From Proteromonas lacertae (lineage: Eukaryota): a stretch of DNA of 64,000 bases. The notes under the pieces are model-generated. The model ran no database searches. It was not told the origin of the DNA and saw nothing but the letters and a program-made list of their open reading frames with translations. Positions 12,497 to 25,608 of this stretch are shown in pieces. The translations under genes were made by a program, and so were the position numbers. The DNA is taken from assembly GCA_002245135.1 (NCBI GenBank), contig NGBS01001170.1:62001-126000 (forward strand), given 5' to 3'. How positions within the stretch are numbered: position 1 is the stretch's first letter; the number at the start of each line of letters is the position of its first letter.

Positions 12497-14603
12497 ATGT
12501 TTCAAAGTTGCTCCTGTAGTAGTAGTGCTGCTGAGGATGTAGTGAAAACGCCACAAGTTACTCAAGAAGAGAAAAAGAGTGAAAGAAAATCAAATAATTC
12601 AATCAAACCTTTAAGAAAGTCACAGAAATCTATAGTTGCTGAAGTAAAAATAGATGTTCCTCCAGATATAACTGAAGAAGCTAAAGAATCACCAAAAGAA
12701 CCAGAATCACCAACATTTCCTTTAGAAGCACCAACAGATCCAGAAGAATTAAAAGATTGGATTAACAAAATCCACGAATATAATACAAAGAAATTGTATG
12801 TTTTGAAAATATATATATATTAGAGATAATATGACAAATTTATTAGCACAATATCACACCATCCAATGTTATAATCGAATGAAGAAGTATATAGCTTTAA
12901 CAAATTCGAGAATTGAAAATATCGAATATACACCTGAATTTTATCTACTCAATTATGAAATAAAAAATGATAATTCAATCCACTTAAAGACAATATTAAA
13001 TGACATTTTAGAAACAAATATCGAAGATTATAATCGTTTCATTACTGAATATTTCCATTTTTATAATATTTATTCAAGTGAAGGAATAGAAATAGATGAT
13101 AATTTCTATAAAGAAATAATCAAATATGATGAACAGAAAATGGAAGAAAAGAGAAATATAGACTATAAAGAATATGATGAAAAGATTGGAAGAATAAAAA
13201 AAGAAATTGAATTATTAAAACTATGTAAAAGAAAAGAAGAATTAAAAGAAGAATTAGAAGTTTTATTAAAAGAAATAGATGAAAATGAAAAGAAATACAC
13301 AGGAATACATTTAAACAAATTGGTATTACTAACATCATCATCATCATCTACAAAAACAACAGATAATAATAATATAAATGAGATGATAAGCAATTATAAA
13401 AGTGATATAATAAAGTGTCAACAGCGATTGGATAAGATTAGTTTAATTGTAATTGATATTGATGATGAATATGATGTTGTGCTTGAGTTTTTGTATATTT
13501 ATCTATAATTTTATGTTTTGTATTATAGAAATAATTATAAAACGGAAGTATATAATCATTCATCAGAGTTAGGTGAACGTAGTAGTTATTACATGATTAT
13601 ATATAATCAAATAAATAACAAAATGAACGAAGATAATAAATATAAAATCTCATTAAGTGAATATGAGAATTTTAATGAAAGAATAAAAGAGAAAATGGAA
13701 GAATTAGAAATAGAATTAAATGATATAGATTCATTAGAAGAAAATAGAAGAAAGTTAATAAAAATATATGAATCATTATTGAATGAATATAATCATATCT
13801 ATAGAGAATATAGACGATTAACAATAAAAGTTGAAGGTGAAATAAGTGAAGAATATGTTGAACAGTTTAATAGAAATAAGGATGAATTACATAAAATAAG
13901 AGAAGAGAATAGTGAATATTTGAATAAGAAAGAGAGTGAGTTGAATATCTTGATAGAAAAAATAAAACAAGAAATTGATAATATTCGTTCAGGAAAAAGG
14001 CAAATACTGAAAGAGTATAAATAATATTATATTCTCTTATTTATATTAATTAATAGAAATAAATCAAAATTAATAGGTAGAAAAGAGAGTGAAGGAGGAG
14101 ATGAAAAGAAAGAAAGTAAAGAAACAAGTTTATTATCAAATGATTATTACTTTTTGAAAGGTAAATACACAATTTTAGCAAAGAGTGGAAGATCAACAAA
14201 AATAATGGATAGTCCTTACAAATATGAATTTCCTCCAAATAATGAAGAGAAAACAGAATATGAAAAAGATGATACAGTATATTTTAGGTTTAAAGGTAAG
14301 ATTGAAGTTGGGAATATCATAAAGAAGAATAAGAATTATAGTTATGTAATAAAATACATAGAATTTGATAGGAAAAGAAATAAATATATAAGTAAAATGG
14401 AATTTGAGATATTAAAGAAAGATATTCGATTATATATACCCAAAGAAGGAAGTGAATATAAAATTGGAGATAAAGTGACATTAATGAATATAGATAAACA
14501 ATGTGAAATAATGAGTGAAGAAAAACATGAGAGATTTATTGTTATGAAAGAAAATGGTTTATTAATGAAAGATGTAAAAAAGAACGATATAGAATTAAGT
14601 TAA
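12497..14603 (+). CDS. Coiled-coil protein with two C-terminal Tudor-like repeats
   Basis: Four ORF pieces joined by GT-AG introns; E/K-rich heptads; YEKDDTVYFRFKGKIEVGNII...YVIKY and YKIGDKV modules. Confidence 0.65.
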
Positions 14604-14615
14604 ATTTATATTTAA

Positions 14616-15777
14616 TTATTCATCTTTTTCTGATGTTTTTGGTAGAAATGAATTAACATAAATTGGTATTTCATAACTCTCTTCTTTATACTTACTCTTT
14701 TGAATAGAGATCGTAAAGCTCAACTTTATAAACCATTCCACTTTAACTAGGAAATATATATATATATATATATATACAAAATGAATAATTACAGGTAGAA
14801 GGATTATCATATCCAAAATTCAATTCAAAACTTATATCTATTTCATTATTACTTAATTTATGATCTTCACTTACACACCCACTTTCACTCACCATTTCCT
14901 TTGATTTGCTTTTATATTTCTCTCTATAAAATAAACCAATTGAGATTTGAACTATTTTCAAATTCTTTAATACATTATCTTCTTTTATATGAATTAACCC
15001 ACGAATTATTGATTTAGTATTATAAGGCATATTTAATAGAAATAAATTACAAAATTCAACTGATTTGTATTGTAAATTAATATGATTTTGTATTGACATT
15101 GAATTACTTTCTTCATCAAATTCATTTTCTTCATCACTATCATTGGATATTATTCCATTTTCGTTTATTAATCTATCACTTGATTTTAATTCGTTTAAAT
15201 GCTTCAATGAACTGTGTTTTATTCCTTCTGTTAATGGTATATAATTCAATAAATTGCTTGTTAATGAGATTGTTTCATTGAAATTATTATTGTTGGAATT
15301 TTCTATTAAAATTGGGATATGTTCAATATGTAATAAACCATCATATATATATTCGATAGATAGATAATAATTAATGTCGAAATTCTTAGCATGATATGTT
15401 GGAGGTATGTTATTTGGTAATGAATAAAAACAAAACAGAGTACAACTAACATGGGATTTGTACATTGAATTTGGAACATCTAATGGTCTGCTACAGAACA
15501 ATAATTGACTGTCATCTTCTTCTATTAACAAAAAAAGAGTAATTACTGTATAATACTGAAATCAGTGAATGGATGATCTTTTCTAGGCAGACCTAAATCA
15601 ATTAACTCTTTTTTTGATTTTAAATAACCATGAATCTAAAAATAAAAAAATGACCGATACAAAAAAAGTAAGTTGAGTTAATGCTGATAGATCTTCTTCA
15701 TTGGAGAAGCTTATGTAAAATGTTATGTTATTTCCTGGGATATAGAAATCCTTCTCTAATAAAATTTTCAAGTTCAT
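14616..15777 (-). CDS. RGP1-like (arrestin-fold; Ric1-Rgp1 Rab6 GEF subunit-like)
   Basis: Start MNLKILLEKDFYIPG; LPNNIPPTYHAKNFDINYYLSI and PSTCNYSF|LVKVEWFIKLSF motifs typical of Rgp1/arrestin fold. Confidence 0.55.
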
Positions 15778-16052
15778 TTTAATAAAACCACTATATTTTT
15801 ATTAATTAAAAATAAAGAAAAATTAATGTAAAGAGTCAATAAAAAGTAAAAAGAAATGTCATTTGTGCCATAAATAAGCAATACATATAATGCATTTAAG
15901 ACAAGGAAGAAAAAATAGATTTGTGATTATTAATTATCTCTTTTATGTAATATATTATTCCAAAGTAAGTGCATTTTTTTATTTTAAATATTAACCTTAA
16001 CTCTTATTAGTGACAAAATCATCAATTACATAATGACAGTCATTATCTAAAA

Positions 16053-18184
16053 ATGTTGTCATTTCATCTTTCTGATGAATTTGTAAATCAGTATAAGACA
16101 AAAACACCACCATTTGGATTTAATGGATTGGAGTGAAATTGTATATGAAAGAACATACTCAAGACTCAAAAGTGATGGTTGTTTTGAAGAATGGTATGAA
16201 ACTGTAAGGCGTGTAGTAGAGGGAACATATTCTATTCAAAAGAACCATATCAACGAATACAAATTAGGTTGGAAAGAAGCTCAAGGTCAAAAATCAGCTG
16301 AAGAAATGTATGAGAGGATATTCAATATGAAATTCCTTCCTCCAGGTCGTGGTCTATGGTCAATGGGAACTTCATTAGTACATGAAAAGAAACTGTGTGC
16401 CTGTTTAAACAATTGTGGATTTGTATCAACGAATGATATTGAAAGAAACCCAAGTTACCCGTTTGAATTCTTAATGGATGCAAGTATGCTAGGTGTAGGT
16501 GTAGGATTTGATACAAAAGGCAGTAATAAGATAAGAATCATTGGTCCAAATAAGAAATTAAAACCCAAGAAATATGAAATTAGTGATGATAGAGAAGGAT
16601 GGGTTAAATCATTGAAACTACTACTGGATAGTTATTTTGAAAAACCAGATAAAACAAAATTAGAAAAAGAAAAAGAAGAAAATAATGAAAATGAAGAAAT
16701 TGTTTTTGATTATAGTAAAATTCGTAAAAGTGGATTAAGATTAAAAACATTTGGTGGATTATCCAGTGGTTCAAAACCATTAAAAGAATTGCATTCAAAT
16801 ATACGAAAACTATTAGATAAAGAGATAGGAAAGAGATTAAGTAGTACAACAATAGTGAAATTTATTCAATATGATAGGAAAATGTGTAGTTAGTGGAAAT
16901 ATCAATAGAATAGCTGAATTATCAATAGGAAGTTATGAAGATGAAGAATATTTAGATTTAAAGAATTATGATAAATATCCTGAAAGACAAAGTTACGGTT
17001 GGACTAGTAATAACTGTATATTTGGAGAAATAGGAATGACATATAAAGATATAAGTAATAGAATATCTTCAAATAATAATAATAATAATAATGGTGAACC
17101 ATTAATTTGTTGGTTAGACAATATGCAGAAATATGGAAGATTATGTGATGGTATTAATAATAAAGATGTGAGAGTAGAAGGTAGTAATCCATGTTTAGAA
17201 GAATCGTTAGAATCTTATGAAATATGTAGTTTGGTTGAAACTTTTCCATTCAGACATGAAAGTAAAGATGATTTTTTAAGAACTTTGAAATTCGCTTATT
17301 TGTATGGTAAAACTGTTACTTTATGTATGACTCATTGGCCTGATACAAATCGAGTGATGTTAAGAAATAGAAGAATAGGATGTAGTGTAAGTGGAATAGC
17401 TCAATTCTTATCAAAAAACTGTTTGGATGTATTAAAGGATTGGCTGGATTGTGGTTATAAAGAAATACAAAAATGGGATGGTGTATATAGTGAATGGTTT
17501 TGTATTCCTAAAAGTATTAAATCAACTTGTGTAAAACCAAGTGGAACTGTGAGTTTATTAGCTGGAGCAACTCCAGGAATGCATTTTCCTGATAGTCGAT
17601 TTTATATTAGAAAGATAGTAATAGATGGAAATTCGGAATTAATTGAAAGGATTAAAAATTCTGGATATATTGTTAATAAATGTATAATTGATGATAATAA
17701 TAAAATGGAGAACATTGATGATAATGATTATAACAATACAGTGAGAAATGCAAATTTGAACAACAAAGTAGTTAATGAAATATTAATACCAATTGATGTT
17801 GGTGAAAATGTGAGAACTTTAGAAGATATTTCAATGTATGAACAGTTAAATTTAGCTTCATTCCTACAGGAATATTGGTCTGATAATATGGTATCTTGTA
17901 ATGTATATTTTGATCCCGATAGTGAAGGCAAGTTGATTGAGATGGCTTTAGACTTTTATCAATATCAATTGAAAGGAATTAGGTTTATTCCTAATCCTAA
18001 AGATAAGAAAAAAGTGAAATTTAATGGACCAATTGTGTCACAGGCTATTGAAGTGATAAATGAAGAAAAATACAGTGAAATGAAGAGTAAATTGAGTAAA
18101 TTGAATTTTTCTAGCAGAAGAGAAGATTATTATGAAATTAGTAATGATATATCAAAAGTGCCATGTGTGGATAATAACAGCTAA
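16053..18184 (+). CDS. nrdJ: Class II (adenosylcobalamin-dependent) monomeric ribonucleoside-triphosphate reductase, intronless; two +1 frame breaks as assembled
   Basis: MLSFHLSDEF...PPFGFNGL / EIVYERTYSR, FLPPGRGLW, LNNC, GVGVGFD, NPCLE...EIC, RRIGCSVSG, CVKPSGTVSLLAGATPG; frame breaks at about 16131 and 16858. Confidence 0.9.
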
Positions 18185-18191
18185 ATGTTAA

Positions 18192-18222
18192 ACGGAAATA
18201 TTGTTTGAAATACGGAAATATT
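18192..18222 (+). promoter_or_regulatory. Direct repeat ACGGAAATATT x2 (20-nt period) upstream of the GNAT gene
   Basis: Exact 11-nt repeat at 18192-18202 and 18212-18222 in the 51-nt intergenic gap; CG-containing words are rare in this DNA. Confidence 0.4.
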
Positions 18223-18235
18223 TATTTTTATTAAT

Positions 18236-18739
18236 ATGGAAGTTGTTTTGAGGGAATTTGTTTTGTCTGATGCAAAACCACTGTCAAAATATGCAAATAA
18301 CATAAATATTGGTAAATACTTAAGATTCTTACCTTATCCTTACTCAGAAAAGGATGCTGAATCATATATAAAAGAATCGCTGAGCAGAAATAAATTAAGA
18401 CAAGATATAAAAGCTATTGAAGTGGAAGGTGAAGTAATTGGTACAATAGGATTGTTTCTCGGTAATGGGCTATATAATAAAACCGCTGAAATTGGATATT
18501 GGATTGGAGAACCATTTTGGGGTAAAGGAATCGCTGCAAAAGCAGTTCAACAGATTTGCAAAGAAAGCTTTGAAAAATATGATATAGTGAGAATATATGC
18601 AAACATATTTTCAGTTAATACAGCTTCTGCAAGAGTACTCGAAAAGTGTGAATTTAATATTGAAGGAACATTAAGAAAAGCAATATGCAAAGATGGAATA
18701 GTGTATGATGAATGTTGCTATGCTCTTATAAAAGAATAA
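18236..18739 (+). CDS. GNAT N-acetyltransferase, RimJ/RimL family, intronless and bacterial-like
   Basis: LPYPYSEKDA, AEIGYWIGEPFWGKGIA (acetyl-CoA loop), NTASARVLEKCEF..EG.LRK. Confidence 0.9.
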   Translation: MEVVLREFVLSDAKPLSKYANNINIGKYLRFLPYPYSEKDAESYIKESLSRNKLRQDIKAIEVEGEVIGTIGLFLGNGLYNKTAEIGYWIGEPFWGKGIAAKAVQQICKESFEKYDIVRIYANIFSVNTASARVLEKCEFNIEGTLRKAICKDGIVYDECCYALIKE

Positions 18740-18875
18740 TCGTGAATATAATCAAAGATATTTTTTATTTATGTGAAATATTTACATATTTCAACAAATA
18801 ACTAAAATTATATTTATACATGTAAAATTTAAATCTGAGTGGCTATAATCAACTTAACTAAAATTCAGAAATCAA

Positions 18876-19715
18876 CTAATATAAATAATCAAAAGGGGTT
18901 GAGTGAATTCTTTGAAGTAATAATCCATACTTTTCAGCCATCTTCACCACACTATCACATATCTGATAATGCTGGTTGTTTATTGCAGACATGAAAAAAT
19001 GATAATACATTTTTTCTTTATTTTCTATATTTAAATCTATCCTTGTTAATTCTGAGAATGGAACTGTTTCAAAAATAGATGATGTTAATGACATTATTTG
19101 ATGTGCTAGTATTTCATATTCAGGATCTTCGAAACAATCCATTTGTGCATAGGATGGATCTGGATTTGTTGATATACTCGGAGAAATATCTTCAAATGGC
19201 GTGATTCTGAGTGTAATATAGAATAGGTGGAATTTTGGTGATGAATTGTAAGGAACAAAAAGCATAGGAATGGAAAATATAGGTTCACTATGAGAAAAAT
19301 AAATACACTGACTAGGAATTGGTAAATAACCAAGTACATCTGACCAAAATTCTGAAGAGAGGGTTATTTGACTGGAATATATATCATCTATACAGTTAAT
19401 TATATCTTTAGAAGAAAACCCAACATAAAGCAGCTTCAAAATACTCTCATATACTTCATTTGGTAATAAAGAATTTAGCCGCTTCTTTTGTGTATTATTC
19501 AAGTATAATGGCTGTTCATAAATAACACTATTACTTTTAAATGACAAAGTCAATTGCTCATGAGATTCTGATTCTAAAATGTCACTGTCTGAGTAATTTT
19601 GATATACATCCACATCTATATTGTCAGAATATTGAATATTTGCTGAATTTATTTGGCTAAAGTCATCATAAGGATGATACATATTTTTTAAATTTTCATC
19701 CAAAATTAAGTACAA
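18876..19715 (-). CDS. Hypothetical protein (5' end uncertain)
   Basis: 279-codon open frame with protein-like composition; no motif recognised. Confidence 0.55.
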   Translation of the reverse strand: MYLILDENLKNMYHPYDDFSQINSANIQYSDNIDVDVYQNYSDSDILESESHEQLTLSFKSNSVIYEQPLYLNNTQKKRLNSLLPNEVYESILKLLYVGFSSKDIINCIDDIYSSQITLSSEFWSDVLGYLPIPSQCIYFSHSEPIFSIPMLFVPYNSSPKFHLFYITLRITPFEDISPSISTNPDPSYAQMDCFEDPEYEILAHQIMSLTSSIFETVPFSELTRIDLNIENKEKMYYHFFMSAINNQHYQICDSVVKMAEKYGLLLQRIHSTPFDYLY

Positions 19716-20238
19716 ATAAGCGTACTAACTCTTTTACTACGTTACTGAGCATTTTAATCGCCATAAAAACATTCATGCCAAATATAGTCCTACATTATGA
19801 ATAATTATATTGTTTATTTATTTACTGAAATATAATTTTAGTGTAATATTGTTGATAGACGATACACGATAATAAATATGTGCAATTTAGCGTAACTTAT
19901 AACATAGTGGAATTTGTAGGTATAAAGTGCATTTATTTGTTAATACTATTAACAAAACAAGTCACCTAAACAAATACTATGATTCAACCGCTGGCACACA
20001 TGTAAGAAAATATATTAAGGTAAAATTATAAAAAATTACTTTCAATACACAAAAAAGTGAATAAATAATTTAACTGTTTTTAAAATATAGATTATATAAG
20101 TGTAATCTATATTATGAATTATTTTGCTATAAACATTTGTTCATGCTTCTAAAATCAAAAAAGTTATCTAAAATATATTTGGCTTGAATTAAGTCAATTT
20201 TTAGTATTTTTACAGTAATTAAATAAAGTGAGTGAGTT

Positions 20239-21889
20239 ATGAGTGAACATAAAGAGGAAACTAAAGATGACCATATTAGTGATGAAATAGAAGAGAAAAA
20301 AGAAGATAAAAAGCAAAATGATACTCATTTTACAGCACCTTCTACCAATAATGAACAAAAAATAGAACCTGAGAGTATTACCGAAACTTCAACAGCTGGT
20401 GAAGTTAAAACCCAAGGAGAAGCAAGAAATGTACAAAAACTTGATTTAGGTGCTAATAAAGAAATAGAAAATAAGATTATAATAGATAATAGTTCTAGTA
20501 GTGAAGATAATGATTCAAATCACCAAATTACAGAGGTACAAACTTCTACTAATTCTACAGTAAAGAAAGATAACGAAACGAGTAATCCACCACCACCTCT
20601 GTCAAAAAATACTGAGAAAAATGATAAGAAGGAAAAGAATCAGAAAATTAACACTTATTACAGTAATTACAATTATGATAGTTATAACTATCAACATAAA
20701 AACAATAAAAGTTCAAAATATTCAGATGTATATATATTTATATATATATAATATAATAATAATAAAATAGAATGTGTATTTTTATAAAAACGAATTAAGA
20801 TCAAGACCAGATCATAAATTAATAGAAGAAATGCATAAAGAATGGTTTGGTGATTATTACACTCTAGAAAGTAAGCATGGTTATATTCAATGGTTATTCC
20901 CTCTATTTGAAAGAGGTGTGAATTGGGATTGTCCTCCATTAAGAAAAGAAGATGTTACAGAATTATTGAAAGATGAAAAAGCAATGAGTCGATTAATCAA
21001 AAGTTTAAAAGTGATGTTAGATTTCTATGGAATGAGAATTGATGAAGAAAAGATGATTGTATATGATAGCGAAAACAGTAAAAGTCGATATGATCATTTA
21101 AACCACTCTTATCATAATTATTTACGAATAAGTCGAATATTGACATGTTTAGAAATCTTTGAAAAACATGATTATGCTTTAGCCTTTTTAAAACACTTAT
21201 ATTGGGAATGTTTTATCGAAGAGAATCTAATGAATGCTAGTGAGAGTTGCAAAAAATTCTGGACTAGTCGAGTGAAAGACTGTAAAGATTGGTGTAAAAA
21301 GAGTGAATCTGAAATGATCGAAATATTGAAAGATGAATATCAGTATAAATATCTATATTAATATATTGTAATTGTGAAATAGTGATCCAACTAGTTATTA
21401 CAAAAATCAAGAAATTAAACAAAAACAAAAAGAGGAGTTAATGAGACGTAAGAAGGAAGATGATGAAAGATGGAAATTGCAGAATGATAAAAAGGATAAA
21501 AAGGGTAATAATGCAACTGCAGTTATAACTACACCAATATCTACTAATAATTTTTATGGAAAAGGTAATAATGTAAATAATAAACAAAATGATAAACCAC
21601 CAATACCAGGTGCAGTATAATAGTTGTTTATATATTTGAATAGGATTATGTTGATGATGATAGAAACAAACAAAACAACAAAAATAAAAGAAGTAATGAA
21701 CAACATTCTGAAGAAGTAAATACATCTAAGAAAATAAAAGCACAAGATAAAGATAAAGAAAATGATAAATCTGATAAGCCAAAAGATAGTAAAGATAAAA
21801 TACAGAGAGATGCTTCAATCTCATCAAAATTAGAGAATGTCAATATTAGTGATAAAGATAAGGATGATAAGAAAGGAGATACTAAATAG
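20239..21889 (+). CDS. OGFr (opioid growth factor receptor) conserved-domain protein with low-complexity termini
   Basis: FYKNE..SRPD, LESKHGYIQWLFP..E.GVN, MLDFYG, HNYLRISRIL; spliced to acidic N-terminal exon and two K/D/N-rich 3' exons; TAG 21887-21889. Confidence 0.85.
20721..21383 (+). repeat. About 660-bp segment duplicated in inverted orientation at 25672-26331
   Basis: Near-identity covering the OGFr exon and both flanking introns. Confidence 0.95.
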
Positions 21890-21979
21890 AACATAATTAA
21901 TAATATATACTTATATTTGCTATATATTGTGTTTAAATTTTATACACTAATACATGTATTATTTTGTATTAGAATTAAA

Positions 21980-24900
21980 ATGCCTTTATTAGAAGATAAA
22001 ATTAAATCAGGCTCTTTAGTATGTTAAATTTATAATATTTGTATAGATAATAGGTAGAAGACGTTTTGGTGTATGTTATTTCTGTAATATCTAGAATCCT
22101 ATCACTTATTTCTCTAATTCAAATTGTACACTGTACAAGTATATCATACCTACTACATCAGAAACAAAATTATTGAAAATTATTTCTGTGAATTCAATAG
22201 AAGAAGAGGATATAGATAAATTTGTATAGTCTTGTTATTATATTTACATAGAAATTGAGTCTTAATAATTCAATAGAATTAGGAAATGTAAAGCTTGCAC
22301 AAATTGATTTCTGGGAATTTGTTGAAGGATATTATATCCAATCATCACCGTTCTATAGTATTTCCATTGAAAAATATTTGAAAATACTATCAGTTGATAA
22401 GTTGAAAGTAATCTCAGATCTAACAGAATCTCTTCAAACTCTACATTCTAATAATGTTATTCATGGGAGAGTTAAAATGTCAAATATATTTTACGATAAT
22501 TCTACAAAAAGACCAGTAATAATTGATCAAGCACAATATTTAATAACATCAGTTCATCATTCTTTTTCTATGGTTGATTATTACACACAAAGTCCAGTTG
22601 TATTGAGTGGTAAAGAAGCTGATAAATCAGTTGATATTTGGGCATTCTTGTGTATTGTAAATTATATATATAAAGGTAAATATTTATTTGAATATAAGAC
22701 TGTACTACAGTTATATGAAAAGATCAAATCTTTACAGTTGAATGACTTATTAGATCTTCTTAAAGAGAATTTAGAGAGTGAAGCATATATTGAGATTGAA
22801 AAATATGCTAACCATTTGATTAAAAAATGTATAATATTAATAATATGACAATATGTATGAATAGCTCAATATGTAAAATCTTCATTATTAAGAAATGATA
22901 TGCTTCAAAAGAGTATAAAACAATTATTATGTTATTATAGAAAGTTGTTTATCAAGAATTATCAATAGAGAATTGAATGTTATGAAAGATTTTATATCAA
23001 AATATCAACATTTACATGGGTTTGATACATATGATGAATTAAAAACAAAGTTCAGTGAATTAGAAAGAGAAATTATATGTAGCAATAAGTCTGCTTCATA
23101 CAATTATAATCTACTAACACAATTTAGAGATAATTATTATAACATTTTTTTGAGAAAAATGCATTTAGAAATACACCAATATGTGTATATATGATTATAT
23201 TATTTATACATTTAGTAATATTAAAGAGCCATTTTCTTATAAATGTGTTAATAATTGTTCATTAAATACAAATAATCCTGATGTTTATGATAAATGTCTA
23301 AATGTTGAAGTATATTTGCTTGCTATTTTTATTGAAATAGAAATATATTAAAGAATTATATACAGTTGAAAATGGTATAACAAAAATAGATAGATTTGAA
23401 AGGGTTTGTTCACAGTTTAGTATTAAAGTAGAAGAAAAGAATTTAATAGTGAAATATTATAAATCTGTGGAAATAGTATTTTATTATTTTAACTTCTTTT
23501 TGTATATATATATATATATATATATGAATAATTGTAATTATAGACATCAATTACATGATATTAACATCAAAGATGAACGTATAGTTCAGTTTAGTTGTAT
23601 GGAAGATATTATTAAGAATTATCGTGTATTTTGAACATTACTATATAATAATAGATTATATGTGAAAAGTTGTTCAACACAAGAGAGAGTATAAAGAAAG
23701 AGATTGAGAGTAAGAAGAATTATTTAAACAGCATCTATCATGCAAATATTATACAACCGGATAATATGAACAGTATTGAATATAAAATTAGTGTAATGAA
23801 TGAATGTGAAAGAAATGAAAGTAATAAGTTATCTAAAGCAATTAAAATGGGACAAGATATATTAGTGGATTTGAATAACTGTTGAGAATTATTTAATGAA
23901 TATCAGTGTAAAACTGTCTAATAACCCTACCAGTATTTTGAATCAAATGAAGTATTTATATTGACATTATACTGATATATTTCATGAATAGAAATGTGTG
24001 TGATTTGCTTGAACCTTATTGGAGTGATGAAATTAAAAATTTTAGCAATTTTTTAGGAGATGGAGGTAGTAATGATGGAATGTATCAGGTATATAATTTA
24101 TATAATATTACTTATCAATTAATTAGAATATTGAAAAGAAGATATTGGAAAGCTATAACGAAATAAAAAGGATATATGAAAATCATATTGTGATATGTTG
24201 TGATTTAGTTGTTCCACAATTAATTACTAAATCGAACAGATATGAGAGTATATTTCTATACCTAATATTAATTGTTTGTATATATAGAATATTTGGATAG
24301 AAGTAGTGGAGAAAGTATTAAAAAATGATTATAATCGGTTAATTAAAATATGTAATGATAATAACATATCAGATTACAAGATTATTGAATTAAAGAAATT
24401 CTTTTCATCTGTAAATCTACCAATAGATGAAATAGGAAGAATAGAAGAATCAATGAAACTGGTAATGATATTATTAATAAATAAAATGTTAGAAGGTAAA
24501 ATTATCCTTTTCAAGTAGTATAGAAAGTGAATTAAGAGATTTACATTTCAATATATTGATAGATACATATAAGCATTATATAGATATTAAAAATGATCCA
24601 TTTTATCAATTAATTCAAAAAGAGGATTTCATAAAATCTAATATATCATCTTTGCATCAATTATATAGCAATCAAAAACCTGTATTTGTACAAACAGACA
24701 GTGTTGATGGTATAATTGAGTATAAGAAAAATATATCAAACTTAATAATGACTATTAAACAGTCATTGTTAAACATTTCTAATGAAAATTATGAGCTTGC
24801 TGATATGAATTGTGATATAATTAAAAGATTATTGAAATTAATATGTAGTGACAATTATGAAAAGATAAAATCATTATTATATATTACCATTCATTTTCCC

Positions 24901-25576
24901 ATTCCATCTTTATCTTTAAAAGATGATTACATTGAATACTTGGATAGTTTAAATCAAAAGATAAGTGGTGATAATGTAGAAATAGATGAACTAATAGAGT
25001 ATTTTGATTTATTTATGATTTGTAGTACATTATTCAATAAAATAATATCTAAAAGTCAAAGTCCAACCATTGAAAATCTTCTTCAATTGTTTGATAGATA
25101 TGGATGTGATTATAAGAAATGCTTTTCTCTTTTATTTAAAGTCTTTTTTGTATTAAATATGATATATATCATTCAAATAGAATAAAGAACAACTCCTAAC
25201 AACAGAAATTGAAAAAATGTGTATGTTATATAAACAGATTGGAGATGATGAAGCATTAAACAATTTCCTTGGAAGGATTATATGTGAAAGTATTCCAATG
25301 AATGAAAATGTTATACAGAATATTAGAAGATTTGAATTAGACGTAAATCAATACATTAAGGAGAATGATATAAATGAATGGAAAAAAGAACTATCAAAAT
25401 ATAAAAAGAAATTTACAGAGGATGTAATAGATGATTTTAATTCATTTTTAAACGGTGATATACCAAATAAAAAAGAATTAAATCATTTCATTAAATATTG
25501 GATAATTGAGATTAAAAAATCACATGAATTGATAGATGAACTTCCAATTGAAATTACTAGATATATTAAATATTAA
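21980..25576 (+). CDS. Multi-exon protein with N-terminal pseudokinase domain and long helical C-terminus
   Basis: LLKII (cf. VAIK), VIHGRVKMSNIF (HRD Asp missing), IIDQA (DFG altered), DIWAF; many short introns link downstream ORFs. Confidence 0.65.
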
Positions 25577-25608
25577 TAATTTTAAATTATAAATAATTAA
25601 TTATTTGA

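Noticed and set aside
15965..16010. Intron-like segment (GTAAGT...CCTTAAC...TAG) upstream of the RNR
   Set aside because: Followed by an in-frame TGA, so it cannot extend the protein; at most a 5' UTR intron and unverifiable here
22087..22131. Possible 45-nt AT-AC intron in the pseudokinase gene
   Set aside because: Donor ATATCTAG is a poor U12 match, and a 24-nt GTATG...TAG intron (22071-22094) restores the same frame
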